64,000 nt of DNA from a candidate division FCPU426 bacterium (GTDB lineage: Bacteria > Oederibacteriota > Muellerivitia > Muellerivitales > Muellerivitaceae). The DNA lies in the NCBI GenBank assembly GCA_963771075.1, contig CAVYSE010000001.1, positions 121,367 through 185,366 on the forward strand, given 5' to 3'. The position numbers and the translations under genes were made by a program. This document shows, in pieces, positions 1-7,994 of this stretch (its first letter is position 1; each line of letters opens with the position of its first letter). The notes under the pieces are model-generated. The model had not been told where the DNA came from and made no database searches. It worked only from the letters and a program-made list of their open reading frames with translations.

Positions 1-78
1 TGGCGGTTCCTTTCAGTAACTCCTTTCTCTTTAACTACCTCAATCATCACCCTTTATGCTTTAAATCATGTTGGGTTA

Positions 79-1131
79 ATGGGTTTCCATTTACATATGT
101 ATGGCCGGATATCAAACTTTAACGGGAAACTTTCAGTGCCATTTAAATTCGCGCTTCTTTTGACCTTTCTTCTTGTCCCGGCGCTTCTCGTTCGGGCTGA
201 TGAAGAGGCGCCCCCTCAAGGCATGGTGAGGTTTGAATCGGTGTCAGGGACCGTCGCGGTTCAAGCTTTGGGCGGAATGACCCGGGCGGTTCAAAAAGGC
301 GACGAGGCTTACTCGGGCGAAACAATCACGGTCGCTGAAAAATCCCAATCGCAAATCATGCTCTCGGACGGTTCCACCCTGGATCTCTTCGCGAACTCCC
401 GCATGGCCCTTGCCAAGCTCAAGCAAACCAACGGTGTCAAAAACTTTTTCTTCAAGCTCGGGCTCGGGAAGGTCTACGCCACCGTTACCAAGTTGATGAA
501 TTCCAATTCTTCCTTCGAGGTGGATGCGGGCGGGATCGTATGCGGTGTCCGGGGTACGGAGTTCTCGGTGGATTACGACCCTGCGACGAATAAGGTGGGG
601 CTGAACGTGGTGCAGGGGGTGGTGGCGGCGGGCGCCGGAGGACAGGTGCAAAACATCACGGCGGGCCAGCACGTGACGTTTATCAATGGGCACAGCGAAG
701 GGAACCCGCTGGGGTCCGGGCCCACTTCCAAGACGACAGGCAAACCCGCGGGCGGGACGAATACGGGGAACGGCCAAGGTAATTCCCAGGGCGGAAACAA
801 TACTGGAGGAAGTTCCAACTCGGGCTCGAACGGCAATGCGCCGCCCAACGGCAATGGGGGAACCAATTCCGGTTCAAGTTCCAACGGCGGTGTTCAGGGC
901 GGGTCCTCTTCGACCGGCGGCAGCCCGACCGGAACCAGCGAAACGGGGACGGGGACCACCAACCCCAGTTCCTCTTCCGCGGCGCCACCTTTAGATACCA
1001 ATTCAGCCTTGGGCGATTTGAACAGCCAATTCACGACAGGCATTCTGGTCAACACCGACAACAACTTTAATTCGGCCCAGCAAACCCTGACCATCCATCT
1101 GGTCGTGCCCGGCCGGGAGGTGGGACCGTGA
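79..1131 (+). CDS. Secreted FecR-domain protein with Gly/Ser/Asn/Thr-rich low-complexity tail
   Basis: Hydrophobic N-terminal signal (FALLLTFLLVPALLVRA) and FecR-like motifs (LSDGSTLDL, GVRGTEFSV). The true start may be the ATG at 97. The stop overlaps the next start (GTGA). Confidence 0.75.
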   Translation: MGFHLHMYGRISNFNGKLSVPFKFALLLTFLLVPALLVRADEEAPPQGMVRFESVSGTVAVQALGGMTRAVQKGDEAYSGETITVAEKSQSQIMLSDGSTLDLFANSRMALAKLKQTNGVKNFFFKLGLGKVYATVTKLMNSNSSFEVDAGGIVCGVRGTEFSVDYDPATNKVGLNVVQGVVAAGAGGQVQNITAGQHVTFINGHSEGNPLGSGPTSKTTGKPAGGTNTGNGQGNSQGGNNTGGSSNSGSNGNAPPNGNGGTNSGSSSNGGVQGGSSSTGGSPTGTSETGTGTTNPSSSSAAPPLDTNSALGDLNSQFTTGILVNTDNNFNSAQQTLTIHLVVPGREVGP

Positions 1132-2855
1132 GCCGCCCATTCCCCCTTCCACCCGTTCCTTATCTGGTATCGGCGGCCCTGATCGTCCTGTGCCCGCCTT
1201 GGTCTTACGGAGGAGTGGTTCAGCCGATGGGGAGGTTGACGTCCGCGATGGGTTCGGTCAGCGTGAGGGGGGAAGTCGTCCCCCGGGAAAAACGCCAAAT
1301 CCTGGCAGGGGACCGCATCCTGACCGGGAGCAAAGGCCGTACGGTCTTGGAACTATTGGATGGGACGGTGGTGCGAATGGAACCCGGTACCTCCTTGATC
1401 GTGAATGAGGGGGACCAGGGAAAAGCCCATATTCTTAAGATGATGTGGGGAAAATTGGAAGTGGAGGGCGCGGCCGGGTCCAAGAAGACCCTGGTCAAAA
1501 CGGGAGAATTGGAATTTTCCTCGGCCCAATCGCGATACACGGCGGATTACGACCCGGACCGGAAAGCTGCCCATTTAAAGGTGGAAAAAGGCGAGGTCAC
1601 CCTGTCCTTTAGGGGGAAAACGGTGCAGGTGGCGGAGGGGCAGAAGGTCAATTTAAGTTCCGTGAATTCAAACCCGGTCCAGGTCGCTTCGGCCCTTGCG
1701 GTACCCCCAACCGCCGCCCAGCCTGTTTCCGCCGTTCAACCCACCCCGGTGCGGATGGCAGAGGCGCCGAAACCCAAACCTGCCGGTTCCACCACATTCC
1801 AATTGGCCCTAGGGGAGCAACTTGAGGCCTGGGACGCCAACAGTTCCCAACCTTACGACGGTTGGGAAATCTGGACGCCCTTGACGGTTTGGGCCAGCCC
1901 CTGGAAAGGGGTCCGGCTCTATGGGCAAACGGAGTTCGGCCAGGGAAATTACACCGACTCCCTTTACGGACCCGAGACCCAAACCTTGACCAACTTCACG
2001 GACAGCGTGGCGGGGTTCGAGGCGAGCTTCAACAGCTTCAACCTGCCGTCCATCTTGAACGTCGCGTTCAACATCCCGACCGGGGACCCTTCCTGGGAGA
2101 CGCGGCAAACGAATTCGATCATCCCGACGGAGTTCATCGACAGCCGGTACCGGGGCCGGGGTTTCGGAATGAGCGCCTTTTACGGGTTCTCGATGCCGGC
2201 GGGGAAGGATCAATACGCCCTGGCCTTGGGGTACATGTATGCGGGGGCGTTCAACCCGAATTACGGGCTGGGGGCGCAGGCGGAGCAGTTGAAGCTGGGG
2301 GACGCGATGTTCCTTTCCATGAACCGGGTGGTGGACCAGGGGGGCGGCCAAAGCGACATCCTCCGGCTTTCGGCATTTTATTTCCTACCGACCCTGCAGG
2401 ACGGCCAGAACCTGCTCCAGATGGGTCCCAACATCAACGCTTCCTATACCTGGTCGAACCCCAAGGGGTTTTCCTGCGAGGCGGGCGGACAGTATTTCTT
2501 TGCGAACCAACAGGGGGTGAACGGCCAGCTGCAAACCGAACCTTACAACTCCTACGGGCCGAGGTTTTACCTGAGGCCAAGCTTGGGGCTGGGGAACCTG
2601 TCCCTGGGGGTGCGGATGAAATACATCCTGGGGAACGGCTATCCCGAGAGCGATCCCTTCTACGACGGCGGGGGGTTCCTGGTGGGGGCGGGCCCCAGTT
2701 ATCTTTTGCCGTTGGATGGGGCATCCACGCTGAAACTGACGGCGGGGTTTGATTACGTGGCGGCGCACCATTACGCCCTAGACGCGGCGATGGACCGGGT
2801 GGACATGGATTACACGCATTGGACCCTCGGGACGACCTATGAGGTGAGGCTATGA
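1128..2855 (+). CDS. FecR domain fused via an Ala/Pro linker to a predicted outer-membrane beta-barrel
   Basis: Signal peptide and FecR-like GDRILTG..LLDGTVVRM. The C-terminal ~350 aa show alternating aromatic beta-strand patterns and end in WTLGTTYEVRL, resembling a beta-signal. Confidence 0.65.
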   Translation: MSRPFPLPPVPYLVSAALIVLCPPWSYGGVVQPMGRLTSAMGSVSVRGEVVPREKRQILAGDRILTGSKGRTVLELLDGTVVRMEPGTSLIVNEGDQGKAHILKMMWGKLEVEGAAGSKKTLVKTGELEFSSAQSRYTADYDPDRKAAHLKVEKGEVTLSFRGKTVQVAEGQKVNLSSVNSNPVQVASALAVPPTAAQPVSAVQPTPVRMAEAPKPKPAGSTTFQLALGEQLEAWDANSSQPYDGWEIWTPLTVWASPWKGVRLYGQTEFGQGNYTDSLYGPETQTLTNFTDSVAGFEASFNSFNLPSILNVAFNIPTGDPSWETRQTNSIIPTEFIDSRYRGRGFGMSAFYGFSMPAGKDQYALALGYMYAGAFNPNYGLGAQAEQLKLGDAMFLSMNRVVDQGGGQSDILRLSAFYFLPTLQDGQNLLQMGPNINASYTWSNPKGFSCEAGGQYFFANQQGVNGQLQTEPYNSYGPRFYLRPSLGLGNLSLGVRMKYILGNGYPESDPFYDGGGFLVGAGPSYLLPLDGASTLKLTAGFDYVAAHHYALDAAMDRVDMDYTHWTLGTTYEVRL

Positions 2856-5737
2856 CCCACCCACCCAAACTCGCGCGGAAATGGGCGGTCTTGGCGGCCT
2901 TGGGCCTGGGTTTGCTGGTGCCGGCCTATTGGGGATGCCAGAACCGCAACAATTCCCCCACGGCGCCGGTGGGGCCGGTGAGAGGGGTTTCGTTAGGGAT
3001 CAAATTGCCGGTGAGCCAGGAAGTGAAGGCGAGCCTGCTGGGGGTGGCAAGCAACGAGGTGTGGTACCAGGTCACGGGCCCCAACATGTCGCCGGTAACG
3101 GGCGTGGCGGGGCCCTACAGCACGTCGGCGGACTCGGGGGAGGTGGATTTTTCGATCGTCTTGTCCCAAGGGTCCTCCCGGTTGATGGCGTTCCAATTGA
3201 ACAACGCGGCGAACCACCAGCCCCTTGCCTTGGGCGCGGTGCAGATGGACATCAACGCGGGCGGGGTGAGCGACGTCTGGGTGACGGTGGGGTCGGTGGC
3301 GCGCAACTGCTACGTAGTGGACACTTCCTATTACGGCGGGAACGTTTATTTCACCTTCCAATCAGACAGCCTCTCCCCGAGCGTGGCGGGGGACATCGGC
3401 GTTACGGTGGTCTCGGGAGGCTACAACCTGGTGGCCGAGGGTGCGAACCAGATCGCCTACCTGGGGAACGGCCCCTTGGTGGATTACGCCGCGGCCCCCG
3501 CGACCTTCACGCAAACTTCCTCCTCGGCGGCGAAGGGGGCCGCGGGGGTTTCGCCAACCTATCTGCAAGCGGGGGATGTCTATTGCGTGAGCCTGGGGGC
3601 CAACGGGGCCCTGGGGCACGCCTGGCTTCAAATCATCAACCCGAGCCAGCCTTTCTCGACGATCTCCACGGGTCCGAAGTTCCTGTATCGGTTCAACCAC
3701 AACCTGCCCTATTTCGCCTATGACGAGACGACGGCGGACGCGGTATCCAACTGCTCGACGCCGATCCCGACCTATACGATGATTATCGCCAACACCCTTA
3801 CCCCCACGGCCACGATCACCCCGAGCCAGACGCCGGTCCCCACGAACAGCTCCACCCCAACCCCTTCCCAAACGGCCACCAGCACCACGGTTCTTACCGC
3901 GACCTCCACGCTTACGGCGACCCTGCCCCCGGCCACCCCTACGGCCACTGGCACAGCGACCGGCACCTATAGCGCCACCCAAAGCCCCACTTTCAGCCCA
4001 ACAACTACCAACACGATGACGCCCACACCCACGGGGACCGCTACGGGGACCGAAACCATCACCCTGACAGCCTCAATTTCGCCCACGATCACAAGCACCA
4101 ATACCCTGACGCCGACGATCACGAATACGATGACGCTGACACCCACCACCACCGACACTGTCACGCTCACGCCCACGGTAACCGACACTTCCACCAGTAC
4201 GATCACCTTAACGCCGACGCTCACGCTGACTCCGACGGTCACCACTACCTACACGAATACGAACACCTTGACCCCATCCGTCACATTGACTCCCACGGTT
4301 ACCGATACATCCACCAGTACGGTCACCTTAACACCAACGAGCACGCTGACTCCGACGGTCACCACTACCTACACCAACACGAACACCTTGACCCCGTCCG
4401 TAACATTGACTCCCACGGTTACCGATACTTCCACCAGTACGGTTACCTTAACGCCGACGATCACCTTGACACCGTCGGTCACCACTACCTCCACCAACAC
4501 GAATACATTAACGCCAACGGTTACACTGACTCCCACAGTCACCGATACTTCCACCAGTACGGTCACCTTAACGCCGCCGACCACGCTGACTCCGACGGTC
4601 ACCACTACCTACACCAACACGAACACCTTGACCCCTTCCGTCACATTAACTCCCACGGTTACCGATACTTCCACCAGTACGGTTACCTTAACGCCGACGA
4701 CAACCTTGACGCCGTCGGTTACCACTACCTACACCAACACGATCACCTTGACCCCGTCTGTCACATTGACTTCCACACTCACCGATACTTCCACCAGTAC
4801 TGTCACCTTTACCCCGACAGTCACCTTGACACCGTCGGTCACCACTACCTACACCAACACGATTACCTCCACCCCCTCCATCACATTGACTCCCACGGTC
4901 ACCCCGACCTCGACGAATACAGGCACCCAGAGTTTCACCCCCACTATCACCAATTCGGCCACGACTACGGCCACGGTGACGCCGACGCCCACGGCGACAT
5001 TGACGGTGGTGTCTATCCCGGATCCGAATCTTTTGGCGGGAATTCAAACCGCCTTGAGCCAAAACGGCTCTTACCAACCGACGAATTATGACATGATGAG
5101 CCTGACTACCTTGAGCTTGGCCAGCAAGGGAATTACGAGCATCGCGGGTCTTCAATATTGCTCAAACCTGACCCAGCTAAATTTGAATAGTAATTCGATC
5201 ACCGATATGAGCCCGGTGACAGGCTTAACGAAGCTCACAGTCCTCGAACTGAACAGCAACCAGATCAGCAATGTCCCGAGTCTCGGTGGAATGACATCCT
5301 TGGGGATTTTTTACCTTAGCAGTAATCCCATCAATGGGAATATTTCCTTCATGAGCAATATGCCGTCAAGTCTCCAGGCCTTGGTCCTGGAAAGCGACAA
5401 TATCACGAGTATGCCCAGTACCTCCGGAAACTTGACCCAGTTGGATTTATCCTATAACCAATTGACTTCGATGAACGGCGGCGATGTATTGCAGACTTTG
5501 ATTTTATCCAACAACCCACTCACCACCTTGAGCGGCTTGACCGGGGGTGGATGGACCCTTACCACGCTCGATGTGAGTTATACCGGTATTACGGACTTGT
5601 CCCCGGTCGTAACCCTTGCCCAGTCGGGCTATAGCAACCTAAGTTCTTTGATTGTTACGGGGGACCCCTTGTCGACTGCCGCAACCACCACCCAGATTCC
5701 ATTGATACAGGCCACCGGTGTCAGTGTGACGCAATAA
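2852..5737 (+). CDS. Surface lipoprotein with Thr-rich repeat stalk and C-terminal internalin-like LRR domain
   Basis: Basic N-terminus, hydrophobic stretch and YWG-C lipobox-like Cys. About 400 aa of (T-x)n repeats. IPDPNL cap followed by LxxLxLxxNxIxD leucine-rich repeats. Confidence 0.75.
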   Translation: MTHPPKLARKWAVLAALGLGLLVPAYWGCQNRNNSPTAPVGPVRGVSLGIKLPVSQEVKASLLGVASNEVWYQVTGPNMSPVTGVAGPYSTSADSGEVDFSIVLSQGSSRLMAFQLNNAANHQPLALGAVQMDINAGGVSDVWVTVGSVARNCYVVDTSYYGGNVYFTFQSDSLSPSVAGDIGVTVVSGGYNLVAEGANQIAYLGNGPLVDYAAAPATFTQTSSSAAKGAAGVSPTYLQAGDVYCVSLGANGALGHAWLQIINPSQPFSTISTGPKFLYRFNHNLPYFAYDETTADAVSNCSTPIPTYTMIIANTLTPTATITPSQTPVPTNSSTPTPSQTATSTTVLTATSTLTATLPPATPTATGTATGTYSATQSPTFSPTTTNTMTPTPTGTATGTETITLTASISPTITSTNTLTPTITNTMTLTPTTTDTVTLTPTVTDTSTSTITLTPTLTLTPTVTTTYTNTNTLTPSVTLTPTVTDTSTSTVTLTPTSTLTPTVTTTYTNTNTLTPSVTLTPTVTDTSTSTVTLTPTITLTPSVTTTSTNTNTLTPTVTLTPTVTDTSTSTVTLTPPTTLTPTVTTTYTNTNTLTPSVTLTPTVTDTSTSTVTLTPTTTLTPSVTTTYTNTITLTPSVTLTSTLTDTSTSTVTFTPTVTLTPSVTTTYTNTITSTPSITLTPTVTPTSTNTGTQSFTPTITNSATTTATVTPTPTATLTVVSIPDPNLLAGIQTALSQNGSYQPTNYDMMSLTTLSLASKGITSIAGLQYCSNLTQLNLNSNSITDMSPVTGLTKLTVLELNSNQISNVPSLGGMTSLGIFYLSSNPINGNISFMSNMPSSLQALVLESDNITSMPSTSGNLTQLDLSYNQLTSMNGGDVLQTLILSNNPLTTLSGLTGGGWTLTTLDVSYTGITDLSPVVTLAQSGYSNLSSLIVTGDPLSTAATTTQIPLIQATGVSVTQ
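4141..4900 (+). repeat. Coding tandem repeat with a 120-bp (40-aa) unit, about 6 copies
   Basis: CCACCAGTAC recurs at 4191, 4311, 4431, 4551, 4671 and 4791, an exact 120-bp period. The unit is approximately TLTPSVTLTPTVTDTSTSTVTLTPTxTLTPTVTTTYTNTN. Confidence 0.95.
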
Positions 5738-5826
5738 TCCTTTCGAGCCTGCTAGGAAATAAGATCACTGAAAGGGATCCAGTCTGACCCTGTTTACCAC
5801 TCGGGCCGCCCTTTTGAACTCGATTC

Positions 5827-5860
5827 TTCCGATTTTCATTTCACCACCCTTTCGCCCGCA
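5827..5860. repeat. Direct repeat copy 1 flanking higBA
   Basis: TTCCGATTTTCATTTCACCACCCTTTCGCCCGCA. It shares the identical 20-bp core GATTTTCATTTCACCACCCT with copy 2. Confidence 0.9.
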
Positions 5861-5899
5861 CGTTTCCCATTGGAATTGAATCCCACTCGGCTAGTCCGC

Positions 5900-5928
5900 T
5901 TGACGTATTACGTACCTCGTAATACCAT
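5900..5928 (+). promoter_or_regulatory. Sigma70 promoter of higBA with an overlapping palindromic operator
   Basis: TTGACG(5900-5905)-17 bp-TACCAT(5923-5928). A perfect inverted repeat GTATTACG-N5-CGTAATAC lies at 5905-5925. Confidence 0.8.
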
Positions 5929-5933
5929 TAATC

Positions 5934-6212
5934 ATGATTCGATCTTTCCGTGATAAAGACGCTGAGGCGCTTTTTTACGACAACGCGGTTCCTCGTTTCA
6001 GGAACATTGAGCGCGTGGCCCGGCGGAAGTTGCTTTATTTAAAAGCGGCCGAGCGGCTTGAAGATTTGCGGGTCCCGCCCGGAAACCAGTTAGAAGCCTT
6101 GAAGGGGGACCGAAAGGGTCAACATAGCATTCGTATCAATGACCAATGGCGGGTTTGTTTTCGCTGGCACAACGGGGAAGTGTTGGATGTTGAGATTGTT
6201 GATTACCATTGA
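5934..6212 (+). CDS. higB: HigB toxin (RelE/ParE superfamily, plasmid maintenance system killer)
   Basis: Contains MIRSF, LEDLRVPPGNQLEALKGDRKGQHSIRINDQWRVCFRW and C-terminal VEIVDYH. Confidence 0.95.
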   Translation: MIRSFRDKDAEALFYDNAVPRFRNIERVARRKLLYLKAAERLEDLRVPPGNQLEALKGDRKGQHSIRINDQWRVCFRWHNGEVLDVEIVDYH

Positions 6213-6220
6213 GGGGAACG

Positions 6221-6526
6221 ATGAATACAAAAACAAAGAAGTTGGAACCTATCCATCCCGGGGAAGTGCTTTATGAGGAATTTATGAAGCCGATGGGCAT
6301 CAGCATCAACCAATTGGCCCGGGACGTTATGGTGCCGCCCAATCGGATTAGCGGTATCGTGAACAGTGGCCGCTCGATTACCGCTGACACGGCATTGCGG
6401 CTTGGAAAGTATTTTGGCGTTTCACCGGAAACATGGCTCAACCTTCAAACCGATTACGATCTTCGTCTTGCTCAATTGGGGGGGTGGTCCAAAATCGAGT
6501 CCCGAATCCACGCTCACACGGCTTGA
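6221..6526 (+). CDS. higA: HigA antitoxin (addiction module antidote, HTH-XRE)
   Basis: IHPGEVLYEEFM...ITADTALRLGKYFGVSPETWLNLQTDYDL. ATG at 6221 follows a GAGGGG RBS. Confidence 0.95.
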   Translation: MNTKTKKLEPIHPGEVLYEEFMKPMGISINQLARDVMVPPNRISGIVNSGRSITADTALRLGKYFGVSPETWLNLQTDYDLRLAQLGGWSKIESRIHAHTA

Positions 6527-6527
6527 G

Positions 6528-6561
6528 TTCTGATTTTCATTTCACCACCCTATCGCTCGCA
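6528..6561. repeat. Direct repeat copy 2 flanking higBA
   Basis: TTCTGATTTTCATTTCACCACCCTATCGCTCGCA, with 3 mismatches to copy 1 over 34 bp. Confidence 0.9.
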
Positions 6562-6716
6562 AATTCTCAATTACGAACAAAGGTTCCAACCCGAACCTAT
6601 GGCGCATTAAGTCACTTTATAGAGCCTATCCCCGCGTCGGAGCCCCTCTTATAAAGTGGTGAATCATCCTTCTTTTTTGCTAAAGTCATCTCAATCCATA
6701 ACTTAAGGAAACCTTC

Positions 6717-7502
6717 TTGCCCAAGATCGTGGTGGTGCTTCCGGTCTATAACGAGGAAAAGATGCTGGAGAACGTCCTTTCCCGCATCGCCCCCCGGTGC
6801 GACCTGGTGGTTTGCGTCAACGACGGATCCACCGACCGGAGCCCGGAAATCCTCCAAAAATTCGCCCGGAAGCGCAAGAACACCTATATCGTCAACCTTT
6901 CGAAAAACAGTGGCATGGCCGGGGCGCTCAAGGCCGGGTTTCAATTCACCCTTTACCTGGAAAAGAAGGGAATCGTCAAGCCGGACGACATCGTCGTGAC
7001 GATTGACGCGGACGGCCAACACAAGCCCGAATACATCCCCGAACTCGCGAAATACATGAACCGCCAAAAAACCGAGGTCGTGCTGACCCATAGGGACTTC
7101 TCGGCCTACCCCCTCTACAAGGTCTGGGGCAACCGGTTCCTCACCTTCACCAATTCGGCACTGTCTGGCCACAAGTACCAGGATGTCGAGTCGGGCCTGC
7201 GGCTTTTGCGGGTGAAGACCCTGCCGACCATCCTTTCCTATTACACGGGGATCAAGTACTCGTGCGCCCAGGAGATCGCGTTGATAACGGCACGGGCCGG
7301 TTTCCGCGTCGATAATGATTTTTGGGTGGAAATCGCCTATTATCGGCCGGGCACGACCTTCTCCGACGGGTTCATCGTATTGGGCCTAAGTCTCTGGTGC
7401 TGGGGGCGGATGCTGTTGCGGATACGGAAGGAAGTGGAAGTGGAAAGCGCCTTCAACCGGGAAACCTATCTCCATTCGATTCGATATTGGAAAAAGAAAT
7501 AA
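6717..7502 (+). CDS. Glycosyltransferase family 2 (DPM-synthase-like fold)
   Basis: VVLPVYNEE, VNDGSTDRS, DADGQH (DXD) and DVESG motifs. Confidence 0.9.
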   Translation: MPKIVVVLPVYNEEKMLENVLSRIAPRCDLVVCVNDGSTDRSPEILQKFARKRKNTYIVNLSKNSGMAGALKAGFQFTLYLEKKGIVKPDDIVVTIDADGQHKPEYIPELAKYMNRQKTEVVLTHRDFSAYPLYKVWGNRFLTFTNSALSGHKYQDVESGLRLLRVKTLPTILSYYTGIKYSCAQEIALITARAGFRVDNDFWVEIAYYRPGTTFSDGFIVLGLSLWCWGRMLLRIRKEVEVESAFNRETYLHSIRYWKKK

Positions 7503-7888
7503 TGGACTCAACCGACTTCAATTTGCCCAAGGTCACGTCTTTCTTAGCCTGCCACGCGGTCTTTCAAGACGTCTTGACAAAAAATTACGATTTGCGAGGC
7601 ATGTTCTACGGATTTGGACCGCCGGGTTATCCCTTCGGGGCCGAATTCATGACCTTTACCCGTTTGAACCAGGACGGCAAGGGCGAGTTCCAAATCGACA
7701 TCAGCCTTCACGACGGCCAGGGAACCAAGATCTCGGAATCAAACCCACGGAAAATCGGTTTTTCCGAAATGAATTTCCACGACCTCATTACCGCGTGGCG
7801 GGTTATCTTTCCCGCTTCCGGCGTCTATACCTTTAAGGTTTTTTGCAATAACCTCCCCATCGGCGAATACCAGGTTTTTTGCAGGTAA
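7502..7888 (+). CDS. Small hypothetical beta-sandwich protein (DUF6941-like)
   Basis: The ATG at 7502 overlaps the GT2 stop. The FLACH..D...K....G.F and FP..G.Y.F.VF.N pattern recalls DUF6941. Confidence 0.55.
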   Translation: MDSTDFNLPKVTSFLACHAVFQDVLTKNYDLRGMFYGFGPPGYPFGAEFMTFTRLNQDGKGEFQIDISLHDGQGTKISESNPRKIGFSEMNFHDLITAWRVIFPASGVYTFKVFCNNLPIGEYQVFCR

Positions 7889-7994
7889 TTTACGAATCGG
7901 GCCTATTTTGAACGTTTTTTTTGCAAAATAATTCGGCTATACTGCAACACGTTTTTGTTCCGGATATTAATCACTGCCAATTTTAGGGGACTTT

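Noticed and set aside
1862..2752. Long alternative-frame and antisense ORFs (also 12253-13179, 24140-25111, 40627-41568, 47232-48386, 62720-63406)
   Set aside because: These are expected shadows of GC-rich or repetitive genes, with no recognisable motifs.
4141..4900. Regularly spaced repeats as a CRISPR array
   Set aside because: The whole 120-bp unit repeats in frame within a CDS. There are no unique spacers and no cas genes.
5772..5795. Possible RAYT-associated REP (GGGATCCAGTCTGACCC)
   Set aside because: It is a single degenerate copy in the window and cannot be supported.
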